Notes: generated from the letters alone by a model not told the origin. A DNA stretch of 64,000 bases from an uncultured Acidobacteriota bacterium (GCA_963805925.1 CAWDWB010000007.1:485261-549260); one strand, 5' to 3'. Numbered from the stretch's first letter, positions 1 through 9,915 are shown. Numbers and translations are program-made.

Positions 1-29
1 GGTGACGCGGAACCAGCTGCTCCACAAGA

Positions 30-1022
30 TTGACCGCTGGTTTCTCCGTGTACGATTCTGCGCTCTTCTTCTGCCCTCGCTGTCAGGGCGCTCTCGCGCT
101 GAACTCTGAGAAGTGGGCCTGCGTCCACTGCGGATCGGACTATCCGCTGCGGCATGGCTTCCCTGATTTTCGGACCGGTGTTGCCGTCGACGTTGACTAC
201 GAAAATGACGGGGAACTTGCCGAACTCCTGGCAGTGCGCGAACCGAATTGCACTTTCTCCGAATTGCGGGCTTACTATTACAGCCTCCATCCTGAAGCTT
301 CAACCGAACTGCACGAAGTGCACGAGGCGCACTTTCGGACAGAGGAGATGCGGGCTGCTCGCGCGGTCCCCCAACTCGGCGACGGTCCGCTCTTGGATCT
401 TGGCTGCGGCGCAGGGCAGTATCTTTTAGCCGCCGCACGCGCCGGCATTGCGGCCGTCGGCGTCGATGCCTCGCTCTGCCAACTCATACTGGCGAGAAGA
501 TTGCTGGCTGATGAGGGGTTCACCGCTCGGTTCGCTCTCGCCAATGTTGAACAGCTCCCGTTTCCGTCAGAAACGTTTCGCTCCGCAGTGGCAACGGACA
601 TCATCGAACATCTCGACAACCCTGACCGCCTGCTCGACGAGACTGCCCGCATCCTTAGGCCGCAAGGCGTCCTCCGGCTAACGACCCCCAATCGATTCAG
701 TCTCACGCGCGAACCCCACGTCGGCCTGTGGGGCGTAGGCTGGCTGCCACACGGTTTGGCCGTCAGCTACGTCCGCGCCCGCACGAGCATCGACTACCGC
801 TCGATCCACTTGCTTTCGTTGCGTGTGCTTCGCCGAATCCTGGAGCGCTCCTTCCCCAGCATCGAGATCCGCCTGCCGGCTCTAACCGCCTCCGAGACAC
901 GCGCCTTTCCGCCGCTCAAGCGTATCCTCGCCCGCGCCTACAGCATGGTCTCCCGAATCGGCCCTCTGCGTCCCGCATTGCTCCGCGTTACGCCCTACTT
1001 CGAGGTGACCTGCCGCAAATAG
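30..1022 (+). CDS. Class I SAM-dependent methyltransferase with N-terminal Trm112-like Cys-rich segment
   Basis: CPRC...CVHC N-terminus; motif I LLDLGCGAG; post-II DIIEHL; TTG start. Confidence 0.8.
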   Translation: MTAGFSVYDSALFFCPRCQGALALNSEKWACVHCGSDYPLRHGFPDFRTGVAVDVDYENDGELAELLAVREPNCTFSELRAYYYSLHPEASTELHEVHEAHFRTEEMRAARAVPQLGDGPLLDLGCGAGQYLLAAARAGIAAVGVDASLCQLILARRLLADEGFTARFALANVEQLPFPSETFRSAVATDIIEHLDNPDRLLDETARILRPQGVLRLTTPNRFSLTREPHVGLWGVGWLPHGLAVSYVRARTSIDYRSIHLLSLRVLRRILERSFPSIEIRLPALTASETRAFPPLKRILARAYSMVSRIGPLRPALLRVTPYFEVTCRK

Positions 1023-1094
1023 GGGCCCATCTCAACAACCGCTTCCCCCGAAGGGCAACACCCGGCAAAGGCCGGCCCGGCGCCGCATAAGCGG

Positions 1095-2518
1095 CTAGCG
1101 GGTGCGGGTGTCGCCGCGCAGTTGGTTGTAGGCGTCGAGGGCCGCCTTGCGCGCTTCGGCGTGGTCGACCATCGGATACGGATAGTCCTTGCCCAACTCC
1201 ACGCCCGCTCGTTTCAGCACGGCGTCGGTGGCATTCCAGGGCTCATGAATGTCTTTCGCCGAGAGCGACTCCAACTCCGGAACCCAACGCCGAACGTATT
1301 TGCCTTTGGGGTCGAACTTCTGTCCCTGGCTCATTGGGTTAAAGATGCGGAAAAACGGCGCCGCGTCCGCGCCGCAACCGGCAGTCCACTGCCAGCCCAG
1401 TGTGTTGTTCGCTAGATCGGCGTCGACCAGCGTATCCCAGAACCAGCGCGCCCCCTCTTGCCAGGGAATCATCAGGTCTTTCACCAAGAACGAAGCGACA
1501 ATCATGCGCACCCGGTTGTGCATCCATCCGGTCTGCCAAAGCTGCCGCATGCCCGCATCCACAATGGGATAGCCCGTCTGACCCTGCTGCCAGAGCCTGC
1601 AACGCCTCCGGGTCATCCTTCCACGGGAAACGTGCGAACTCCGCTCGCAACGGCTCATCGGCGGTCTCGGGAAAGTGGAACAGCAAGTGCCGCCCGAACT
1701 CCCGCCACACCAGTTGCCTCTTCCACGCTTCGCCGCCTGAATTCGCCCGTGGCAACCCACGCCTGCCGAGGGCTGAGCTCGCCGAAACACAGATGCGGCG
1801 ATACTTGCGCGGTGCCCCGTACGCTTGGCACGTCGCGATCTCGCGAATATTTGCCCAACCCGCCGCGCACGAACTGTCTCAGGGTGTCCCGTGCCGATTC
1901 TTCACCCGGAGTCCACTCCTGCCGAAGTCCGCTGGTCCAATCGCGCTGCGGTTCCAAGTCCAGTTCTCTCAGCGGCTCCGAATCAGGCCACGACTCCGGC
2001 GCCGGCAGCTCGCTCGGTCTCAACAGCGGCTCGCCGTCTAGGCCCGCTTGTAGACAAGCGTTATAGAACGGCGTAAACACCTTGTAGGGCGTGCCCGCTT
2101 GCGTCGCAATCTCCCACGGCTCCCACAGCACGGAACCCTTCGTGCTCGTGGCTTCGAGGCCGTCTTCCGTGAGCGCTAGCTTGACTTGCTCGTCTCGTTC
2201 GACCGCTGCCGGCTCGTAGCGCCGGTTCCAAAAGACCGCTCCGGCGCCCGTCTGTCTGGCCAACTTCTGCAACGCAGGCAGCGCCCGGCCGCTGCGCAGC
2301 ACCAAGCGCGATCCCATCCTCTCCAGGTCTGCCGCAAGGGCTTTCAGCGACTCATGCAGCCACCATTGCGAGGCGCCGCCGGGGGCCCAGTCCTGCTCTT
2401 CCTGAGGAGACCAAATATAAACGGGAATAATCGGTTCGCCGCGATCCACGGCGGCCTGCAACGCCGGGTTGTCCGCGAGCCTTAGGTCTTGCCGGAACCA
2501 GACGAGAGAGGGGCCCAT
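1095..2518 (-). CDS. phrB: Deoxyribodipyrimidine (CPD class I/III) photolyase, split by two frameshifts (about 1740 and 1595)
   Basis: N-terminal [14 protein letters not shown] (ORF 1655..2518); middle RQLVWREF (ORF 1339..1755); C-terminal [30 protein letters not shown]...[11 protein letters not shown] (ORF 1095..1790). Confidence 0.9.
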
Positions 2519-2526
2519 GTCTGCGC

Positions 2527-2880
2527 CTAGTCGCTCTTAGCCGCAGGCTTGGAGTCGGTGGACTTGCTCTCGGTTTTCGACTCCGATTTCGCTTCGGACT
2601 TCGTTTCGGACTTCGATTCCGATTTCGACTCGGATTTCGATTCCGAGGACTCCGATTTGGCGGTCGACTTCGGCTTCTCGCCGCCCTTACCGTAGTCGTT
2701 GACGTACCAGCCCGCGCCCTTGAACTGAATCGCCGGCGCCGATAGGATCTTCTTCGATTCGCCGGCACACTCGGGATGCTCATCGCATTCCGGACAGCGC
2801 TTCACCGGCTCATCGGAGAACTTCTGGATCACCTCGAACCGTTTCCCGGTTCGGGGGCACTCGTATTCGTACAGCGGCAT
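2527..2880 (-). CDS. FmdB family zinc-ribbon protein with low-complexity Lys/Ser/Glu tail
   Basis: MPLYEYEC...FEVIQKFSDEP..CPEC...FKGAGWYVNDY is typical of FmdB; the ATG at 2880 is preferred as start. Confidence 0.85.
   Translation of the reverse strand: MPLYEYECPRTGKRFEVIQKFSDEPVKRCPECDEHPECAGESKKILSAPAIQFKGAGWYVNDYGKGGEKPKSTAKSESSESKSESKSESKSETKSEAKSESKTESKSTDSKPAAKSD
2560..2660 (-). repeat. Degenerate 12-bp coding tandem repeat (KSES/KSET/KSEA units)
   Basis: Translation KSESSESKSESKSESKSETKSEAKSESKTESKS. Confidence 0.7.
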
Positions 2881-3017
2881 GGATGGGTAAGGGACCGAAA
2901 ACAGCCGGGAAGTACTTCCCAGCGTCAAGTTAATTGTATCATTTGGCCATAAGCCGCAGGCCCAGCCTTTGCGCCGCCCGCATCCGGCTCCACTGCGGCT
3001 GATCGCGCCAGTTTTCC

Positions 3018-3830
3018 ATGACGGATCAACAACTTGACGATCTAGTAGCGCGCATCGGCGACGAACTGTTGACCCGTCTCGGAATCTCCGAGCTGCCGGC
3101 GTCGCCCGCCCACGCCTGCGCCTGCGCTGTGGAGCCCTCGGCGCCGCCCGCTCCGGCGCCTGCTCCCAGTTGGATTCCAGCCAGGATCGGCCTGAACTGC
3201 CGCGACTCCAGCAGCACCTCCGCCGAGATTGGCGCTCGATGCCTCCAGGCGCGTACCCTGGAGTTGGGCGGAGTCAGTGTTTTCCCGAGTCACGTCGTTG
3301 CCGCTGGGCGCATCTTGCGACGGACCGGCGTGATCGTCGTTGCCGCCGTCGGCTGGCCGTATGGAGCGACCTCCACCGCCTCTAAAGCGCTCGAAGCGGA
3401 ACTGGCCTTGGGGCAGGGCGCCGATGAGATCGAAGTCGTGGTTCCTTCGGGCGCGCTGCTCGCCGGCGAAGATGACTTGGTGTTTGGTGAGTTGAAGTTC
3501 ATCGCTGAAATGACGCATCGTGCAGCCAAGACCGTGACCGCCGTCATCGAGACGCCGGGTCTGGACCAGGACCGCCTCATCGCCGCATGCGCCCTGAGCC
3601 GGCTCGCCGGCGCCGACGCTGTCTGTGCCGCCGCCGGTCTCGCCGCCCATGGCGCCGCAAGCGCCGAAGCCGTGCATTTGTTCCGCAAGGTGGTAGGTCA
3701 AGACATGCACGTCCATGCCATGGGCGGAGTCGCTTCGGAGGCCGCCGCACTCACCTTGGCCGCCGCCGGCGCGGACCGCGTCACCATTGAGTTTCTTCCT
3801 GGCGCACGGCGCGGAGCGGGGCGCTTCTAA
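3018..3830 (+). CDS. DeoC (deoxyribose-phosphate aldolase)-like TIM barrel, catalytically degenerate, with N-terminal amphipathic extension
   Basis: VGWPYGA, GADEIEVV, IETP, AGADAV and MGGV match the DeoC scaffold, but the Schiff-base Lys motif reads VCAAAG instead of VKTSTG. Confidence 0.8.
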   Translation: MTDQQLDDLVARIGDELLTRLGISELPASPAHACACAVEPSAPPAPAPAPSWIPARIGLNCRDSSSTSAEIGARCLQARTLELGGVSVFPSHVVAAGRILRRTGVIVVAAVGWPYGATSTASKALEAELALGQGADEIEVVVPSGALLAGEDDLVFGELKFIAEMTHRAAKTVTAVIETPGLDQDRLIAACALSRLAGADAVCAAAGLAAHGAASAEAVHLFRKVVGQDMHVHAMGGVASEAAALTLAAAGADRVTIEFLPGARRGAGRF

Positions 3831-5569
3831 TGGATCCCTTAAGCTCGACCGCGCGCCCGCGCGCTGATCCGTTTCAGATCCTCGCCGAGGCGTCCGACGT
3901 CGCCGCCAATCACGCCCTCGATCTCGAGGACCTGTTGCGCGCTCTCGAAGGCCTCATACGCAAGGTGGTTCCCTATCAACTCTTCGCCATCCTGTTGGCG
4001 GACGAAGACGGCGTGCTCACGATTCGCCACTCCATCGGCTATCGCGCCGAATTGGCCGGCAGACTCCGGGTCAAGCCAGGCGAAGGGATCACGGGCTCCG
4101 CCGCGCAGACTCGAACCACCGTCGTGGTTAACGACGTGACCCAAGATCCCCGCTACCTGATGGCGATTGACGCTGTGCGCTCCGAAATATCGGTCCCGCT
4201 GATCGCCCGCGGCAAACTCGTCGGCGTCATCGATCTGCAGTCCTCCGTCACTGGGGCCTTTGGAGATCAAGAGCGTAACCTGCTCGAACTCATCGGCTCC
4301 CGCTTTTCGCTGGCCATCGACGCCGCCGGTCTTTACGAAGAGATGGTGCGCAAGAACGAAACGCTCACCACGCTCGCCAAGATCGCCCGCGAGTTTTCGT
4401 CGATTCTCAACCTTGAGGAGTTGCTCAAGAAGATCGCTGAACTTGTCCGTGGCCTCGTGCCGTTCGACGCGCTGGCCATTTACCTCATCGATCAGGGGAT
4501 TCTGCGCCACTATTTCGGGGTTCGTTTCAACGCTCGCGTCGCCTGGCAGAATATGCCCATCGGCTACGGTGTGGTCGGTCACGCGGCCGCCGACCGCGAG
4601 CCCATCCTCGTGAGCAACACGGCCAAGGACCCGCGCTACGTCCCTCTGGTCGAAGGCATCCGCTCTGAAGTGGCCGTACCGCTGATCCTCAAAGACTCCG
4701 TCATCGGCGTCCTCGATCTCGAGTCCAGCACGGTCGCCGCATTCGACGAAGACCTGGTCCAGACCCTGACTCTGCTCGCGCCGCAAATCGCCGCCGCCAT
4801 CGAGAACGCTCGCCTCTACGAACAAGTGGCCGACAACCAGGCGCGCCTCCAAAAAGACCTGCGCGCCGCGCGCCAACTGCAGCAAAGCCTGCTGCCTTTC
4901 TGCTGCCCCACCTTCGGCGGAGTTCAGATCGCCGCGCGCAATCTGCCCGCCAGCGAAGTCTCCGGCGATTACTACGACTTCATCACGAACGGCGAAGAGA
5001 GCATCGGCATCTGGAGCGGCGACGTCAGCGGCAAGGGCGCCGCCGCGGCCCTCTATGCTGCCGTATCCAGCGGGCTGCTGCGCACGCTCACCGTCGACAG
5101 CCCTGACCCCCGTCAGCTGTTGACCGACTTCAACAACGCTCTGCTCGCGCGTCAGTTGGAAACTCGCTACGTCGCAGGCATCTATGCTGAGTGGCGGCCG
5201 GCCACCCATACGCTCACTGTCGCTTCCGCCGGACAACCTCGTCCACTGCTGCGCCGTGGCGATACGGTCGAGACCCTCGACATCGGCGGCATACCGCTCG
5301 GCCTGCTCGAAGAGAGCAACTACGACCGCATCGAGCTTCAACTCGAAAAGGGCGACCTCTTCGTCACCGCTTCCGACGGTATTCACGAAGCCCGCGACTC
5401 CCAGGGCAACGACTACGGAGACACCCGCCTTCGCGAATTCGTCCAGTCTCTGCCCGCCGACTCCAGCGCAGAACGCGTCGTGTCTGCCATCCTGGAAGAC
5501 GTCGCCCGCTTCAGCGGACGCGAGACGCCATCCGACGACCGCACCGTCATCGTGCTGCGGGCCGTGTAG
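3830..5569 (+). CDS. GAF-GAF-SpoIIE (PP2C, RsbU-like) Ser/Thr phosphatase
   Basis: Two GAF repeats (RSEISVPL, RSEVAVPL); PP2C motifs SGDYYD, GDVSGKG, SDGIHE, SDDRT; TAATG overlap with upstream gene. Confidence 0.9.
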   Translation: MDPLSSTARPRADPFQILAEASDVAANHALDLEDLLRALEGLIRKVVPYQLFAILLADEDGVLTIRHSIGYRAELAGRLRVKPGEGITGSAAQTRTTVVVNDVTQDPRYLMAIDAVRSEISVPLIARGKLVGVIDLQSSVTGAFGDQERNLLELIGSRFSLAIDAAGLYEEMVRKNETLTTLAKIAREFSSILNLEELLKKIAELVRGLVPFDALAIYLIDQGILRHYFGVRFNARVAWQNMPIGYGVVGHAAADREPILVSNTAKDPRYVPLVEGIRSEVAVPLILKDSVIGVLDLESSTVAAFDEDLVQTLTLLAPQIAAAIENARLYEQVADNQARLQKDLRAARQLQQSLLPFCCPTFGGVQIAARNLPASEVSGDYYDFITNGEESIGIWSGDVSGKGAAAALYAAVSSGLLRTLTVDSPDPRQLLTDFNNALLARQLETRYVAGIYAEWRPATHTLTVASAGQPRPLLRRGDTVETLDIGGIPLGLLEESNYDRIELQLEKGDLFVTASDGIHEARDSQGNDYGDTRLREFVQSLPADSSAERVVSAILEDVARFSGRETPSDDRTVIVLRAV

Positions 5570-5598
5570 GGCAAATACAACTCGGGAAGGGAATGGGA

Positions 5599-6849
5599 AT
5601 GCCGCTGTCGGGCTTCGAACGTCGCCAGGGAGAACTTTACTGTGAAGGCGCGTCTTTGTCCGCCATCGCCGAGAAAGCCGGTACGCCCACTTACGTCTAT
5701 TCCGGGACGACGATTCGCGACAACTACCGCAGCTACGCCGCCGCGCTCGCCGGCCTGCCGCACGAGATCCACTACGCCGTCAAAGCCAACTCGTCTCTCG
5801 GCGTCCTCGCGCTGTTAGCTCGCGAAGGGGCCGGTTTCGACATCGTCTCCGGCGGAGAACTCTTCCGCGTCCTGCAAGCGGGAGGCGATCCTGCCCGTGT
5901 CGTGTTCTCCGGCGTCGGCAAGACGCGGCAAGAGATGGTCTATGCCTTGGAGCAGGGAACCGGCTGGTTTAACTGCGAGTCCGAAGCCGAACTTCGCCTG
6001 CTCGCCGAACTCGCCTCCGATGCCGGCGCCGCGCCTTCGGTCGCCCTGCGCGTCAACCCGAACGTCGACGCGGAGACCCACCCATACATCGCCACCGGCC
6101 TCAGCGCTCACAAGTTTGGCATCGACATCGTCGCAGCCGAACGCATCTACCGCCGCGCCGACGAATTCGCGCCGCTGCGCCTGGAAGGCGTGAGTTGCCA
6201 CATCGGCTCACAGATCTTCAACACACAAGCGTTCTTTGACGCCCTCGATCTCGTGCTCGCCCTGATCGAACGCCTCCGCGAAGACGGTGTAGCGATCACC
6301 CAACTCGATCTCGGCGGCGGTCTCGGCGTCGCTTACAAGCCGGCCGATACGACCCCAGTTATCGCCGACTACGCCTCGCGCCTTGCCGCCAATCTCCAAG
6401 GCTGCGGCTTGAAACTCACTCTTGAACCGGGCCGCTCCATCGTCGGCCAAGCAGGCGTGCTGCTCACGCGCGTGCTCTACCGCAAGCCCACCTCTTCCAA
6501 GACGTTTATCGTCGTCGATGCGGCGATGAACGACCTCATCCGTCCCGCACTCTACCAAGCGCATCACGAGATCGTGCCGGTCGTCGACCGCCAGCGCCCC
6601 AGCCTGCGCGCCGACGTCGTCGGCCCGGTGTGTGAAAGCGGAGACTTCCTGGCCAAAGACCGCGACATGCCCGACGTCGAGCCCGGCGAACTGCTGGTCG
6701 CCGCCACCGCCGGAGCGTATGGCTTCGTTCTAGCGTCCAACTACAACGCGCGCCCACGAGCCGCCGAAGTTCTCGTTGAGGGAGACCGCTGGCGCATCAT
6801 CCGCGATCGCGAGTCTTTAGATGATTTGATTCGCGGCGAACGCGTCTAA
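5599..6849 (+). CDS. lysA: Diaminopimelate decarboxylase
   Basis: YAVKAN PLP lysine, HIGSQI, EPGR, GPVCESGD, GAYG..ASNYNARPR. Confidence 0.95.
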   Translation: MPLSGFERRQGELYCEGASLSAIAEKAGTPTYVYSGTTIRDNYRSYAAALAGLPHEIHYAVKANSSLGVLALLAREGAGFDIVSGGELFRVLQAGGDPARVVFSGVGKTRQEMVYALEQGTGWFNCESEAELRLLAELASDAGAAPSVALRVNPNVDAETHPYIATGLSAHKFGIDIVAAERIYRRADEFAPLRLEGVSCHIGSQIFNTQAFFDALDLVLALIERLREDGVAITQLDLGGGLGVAYKPADTTPVIADYASRLAANLQGCGLKLTLEPGRSIVGQAGVLLTRVLYRKPTSSKTFIVVDAAMNDLIRPALYQAHHEIVPVVDRQRPSLRADVVGPVCESGDFLAKDRDMPDVEPGELLVAATAGAYGFVLASNYNARPRAAEVLVEGDRWRIIRDRESLDDLIRGERV

Positions 6850-7679
6850 CCGGCCGCGACCGAGCGGACGGGCAGCAGCGACTTGATCCCTGCCATCACC
6901 GCCAGGACAATGCCAAAGGTGCAGACAATCGCCGGTCCCGTCGGCAGGTCCAACTGCAGCGACGCGTACATGCCCAGGGCCGAAACCAGCGCGCCCATGG
7001 CCCAGCCGACCAGCAAGCGTTTACCGATCGTGTGCGCGAACATCATGCCGCCCACCGATGGCACGATCAGGTAACAAAAAACCAACAGCACGCCGGCGAT
7101 CGACACCGAAGACGTCACCACGATGCCGAATGAACCGTAGAACAGCAAATCCCAGAACTTCACCGACAATCCCGGGACGGAGTCCGCATCGTGGTTCGTC
7201 GAGATGGCCAGGAACTGCTTGCGAAAGATGTAGTGGAAGATGCCGACCAACGAGTATAAGACAGCCGTCTCGCCAACTTGCTGCCAGGTTACGAACAACA
7301 GGTTGCCGACCAACATGTCCTGCAAATGCTGGATCTCGCCCTGCGCTTTGCTCATCGCCAGAATCGTCGCGGCCGAAGCCACCGCATAGCAGATGCCGAT
7401 AATCGCTTCTTGCGGAATGCGAAATCGCTTGCCTCTCACGCTGGCGAAGATCGCGGCGCCGGCTAAAGTGAATCCTACGCTGATCCAGTACGTGCTTCTC
7501 GAATGCGCATCGAAGCCGTTCAGAATGGCCACCGACGCGCCCAGCGCCGCAATTTGAGCCAACGATAAATCGACGAAGATCACTCCCCGTTCAACAACAT
7601 GAACGCCCAAATAGGCGTGAATGCCGACAAGAATCAAGCTCGCCGCGAACGGCGCCGCAAGAAAAACCCATGCGTCCAT
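6846..7679 (-). CDS. Metal (Zn/Mn) ABC-3 type permease
   Basis: Multi-TM; HAYLGVHVVERGVIFVDLSLAQ; GVLLVFCYLIVP; DLPTGPAIV. Confidence 0.85.
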   Translation of the reverse strand: MDAWVFLAAPFAASLILVGIHAYLGVHVVERGVIFVDLSLAQIAALGASVAILNGFDAHSRSTYWISVGFTLAGAAIFASVRGKRFRIPQEAIIGICYAVASAATILAMSKAQGEIQHLQDMLVGNLLFVTWQQVGETAVLYSLVGIFHYIFRKQFLAISTNHDADSVPGLSVKFWDLLFYGSFGIVVTSSVSIAGVLLVFCYLIVPSVGGMMFAHTIGKRLLVGWAMGALVSALGMYASLQLDLPTGPAIVCTFGIVLAVMAGIKSLLPVRSVAAG

Positions 7680-7703
7680 GAATTAGGCCCCTATCACCGG
7701 CGC

Positions 7704-8645
7704 TTACTTGGCCCCCTGGCCCAGTCGCGCAAAAGATGCAGCGACCAAATCGGTGTCGTAGTCGAAAAGCTGTAGATAAGTTTTTACTTGCTCAACGCCG
7801 CCCACCGAGGGCAGCAGCACGATCGCTTCCCCTCCGACAGCATTCGCAATGGCCTTGGGCGTCTTGGAGTCGAAGTAAGGCTCGTACCAGACTTGCTTGA
7901 TGCCCTTCTGCTTCATCAGGTTGATCAATTGAAACGTGTGACTCGGCGAGGGCGGGATGCCTGGTCTCGGCTCCACGTAACCCTGCACGTCAAGACCGAA
8001 CCTCTTGGCGAAATTAGGCCAAGATTGGTGATAAGTAATTACCGATTTCCCTTTGTAAGGGGCCATCTTCGCTTCCCAGCCTTTTTCGGCCGCCGTTAGC
8101 CTCGCGCCGAAATCATCGAAGCGCTGCTGAAAGTAGGCGGCGTCGTCTGGAGACAGTTGAGCCAGCTTCATCTGGATCGAGTGCGCCATAATGCGGCCAT
8201 TTTCCGGATCCAGCCAGTAGTGCGGATTCCCCAGCGGATGCACGTCGCCCATCGCCCGGCTCACCTGTCCCACCGGCTTCAGCAAAATATCCACGCCGGT
8301 TGAAGCGTCCAAGTAACCCGGGGAGCCCGGCTGAATCTTGCTGTTGCGGCTTTGCGTGATCAGCGGCGGCAACCAAGCGATCTCCAACTGCAGGCCTACG
8401 GAAATCAGCAGGTCTGCCCGGTTCAGCTTCACGATGAAGCTCGGCTTGGGCTCGACGAAATGCGGGTCTTGGTAGCCGCGGGCGATGCTCTCTACGTCCA
8501 CGCGATCGCCGCCGACCTCGCGCGTCAGCGCAGCCAAGTCTTCCGTCGCCGTCATCACCCGCAACGAACCCTTCGCCGCCGCCCGGGAAGCGCTCATCGC
8601 TCCGGCAACGGAAGCGGCAAAGAAAGCGCGTCTACTGATGGCCAT
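7704..8645 (-). CDS. Cluster A-I metal-binding protein (ZnuA/TroA family), Tat signal
   Basis: MAISRRAFF Tat motif; QDPHF, GDVHPLGNPHYWLDP, YHQSW, VEPRPGIPPSP. Confidence 0.9.
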   Translation of the reverse strand: MAISRRAFFAASVAGAMSASRAAAKGSLRVMTATEDLAALTREVGGDRVDVESIARGYQDPHFVEPKPSFIVKLNRADLLISVGLQLEIAWLPPLITQSRNSKIQPGSPGYLDASTGVDILLKPVGQVSRAMGDVHPLGNPHYWLDPENGRIMAHSIQMKLAQLSPDDAAYFQQRFDDFGARLTAAEKGWEAKMAPYKGKSVITYHQSWPNFAKRFGLDVQGYVEPRPGIPPSPSHTFQLINLMKQKGIKQVWYEPYFDSKTPKAIANAVGGEAIVLLPSVGGVEQVKTYLQLFDYDTDLVAASFARLGQGAK

Positions 8646-8673
8646 CTGAATCTTTTGCTCCTCTCGATTTCCG

Positions 8674-9915
8674 CTAGAACGGATGCGCTCCATGTGCTCC
8701 GATGGCAAACTGCAATTGCAGCAACAGTTCGTTCGCCCTGATCTGCTCCGCATAGTCCGTCAGCCGGTACTGCGCCCGTATCTGAGCAAACTCGCTGGGC
8801 CAGAAGGTCGCGACCGCCGAGGCGCCCGAATCGTGTCCTTCCCTGTCTAGCCGTTCCGAATAGTCATAGCGCCCGCCGAAGTACCATCGCCGCGCCGTTT
8901 GATAATCCCCCGAGAAATAGTAACCGAAAGCGCCGTTCCGGCCGCTGGGGTCAAATCGCTGTCCCCAGATCATCTCCGACCGCGCGGTAAAGGAATGGTA
9001 GATCGATCGCCGCAGCGGCTTCCAACGGTAGGTGGCGTCGACGCCATACAGCCGGCTGATCGGCGAACCGTCGACCGGTGCATGGCCTCGTGCAAACGAG
9101 ACGCCAAGATCTAAGTTCGAGTCGTCCGTCAGGTCGCTATAACCTCTCAGATGGCCCACGGCGGACAAGTCGCTGCGTCTGGTCGACGCGAAGATATTTT
9201 CCGAATCGCCCCGGAATACCGACCCCGAAGCCTCAAGGAAAATGCTGCCCGGCGACGGCAACAGCCGGCTCACAGTGACTCCGGCGTCGCTCAAGCCTTC
9301 TTCGCCGCCCAGCAAGTTCCCGATCACTAACGGCCGGTCGACCCACGGCAGCACGTGTCGGTGCATCGTGTTCACCTTGCCGAAGGCCGCCCGTTGCTTG
9401 CCGGCCTTGACCAAAAGGTTTCCTGGCAATGCCGGGAAGGTGACGAACGCTTCCTCGACGCCGACTCCCGTCTCTCCGAACGACAGATAGACGTCGGCGC
9501 GTGCATACGGATCAATCGCCGCGCTGAAAGCGACTTCGCTCTCAGCCATCTCAAGCGCGGGAACTGCGTCTACGGCATTCTCTCCGGCGGCGCCGAGCAA
9601 GCTGCCGATCACGCTTACCGCCGGATTCATCAACCGCTGCGACGCCGTCGGATCCGCCGAAACTTGCGCCATCGGCTGCGGCGCCGCTTGCATGGGAGCA
9701 GGAGCGGCTGCCGGTTCGGCGGAGGCCGTCGCCGCGAGCGCGGCCTGTAGTGTGGCGACCTCGGCTTCGAGAGCTTCTAGTCTTTGAGTCAGCGCTTGAA
9801 TCTGGGCGCTTTGATCCGGGGCTTGGCCGAAGGCTGAACAGACAGCCAAAAGTAACAACGCAAAGGCTCGCACGGCCGAGCGGGCTCGAGGATCGGGGTC
9901 GTCGTCACGCGGCAC
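8674..9915 (-). CDS. Putative outer-membrane beta-barrel (porin-like) linked to metal uptake
   Basis: Signal peptide, coiled coil, NPAVSVIG, alternating beta-strands, C-terminal QFAIGAHGAHPF; first gene of the operon with the SBP and permease. Confidence 0.7.
   Translation of the reverse strand: MPRDDDPDPRARSAVRAFALLLLAVCSAFGQAPDQSAQIQALTQRLEALEAEVATLQAALAATASAEPAAAPAPMQAAPQPMAQVSADPTASQRLMNPAVSVIGSLLGAAGENAVDAVPALEMAESEVAFSAAIDPYARADVYLSFGETGVGVEEAFVTFPALPGNLLVKAGKQRAAFGKVNTMHRHVLPWVDRPLVIGNLLGGEEGLSDAGVTVSRLLPSPGSIFLEASGSVFRGDSENIFASTRRSDLSAVGHLRGYSDLTDDSNLDLGVSFARGHAPVDGSPISRLYGVDATYRWKPLRRSIYHSFTARSEMIWGQRFDPSGRNGAFGYYFSGDYQTARRWYFGGRYDYSERLDREGHDSGASAVATFWPSEFAQIRAQYRLTDYAEQIRANELLLQLQFAIGAHGAHPF

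Noticed and set aside
1095-2518. Programmed frameshifting or a split photolyase
   Set aside because: No slippery site or stimulatory structure was seen; single-base indels occur throughout the window, so sequencing error is more likely.
2560-2660. Short periodic repeat resembling a CRISPR or VNTR
   Set aside because: Degenerate 12-bp units with no spacers; they encode the KSES tail of the FmdB protein, and no cas genes are present.
3839-5386. Long antisense ORFs (also 14500..15636, 25690..27054, 45445..46782)
   Set aside because: Shadow frames of real high-GC genes with no recognisable motifs.
5191-5598. Apparent long N-terminal extensions of LysA (also TrxB from 11614, GlpD to 28574, kinase from 62485)
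   Set aside because: They overlap neighbouring genes and are composition-biased; internal starts match the family N-termini.
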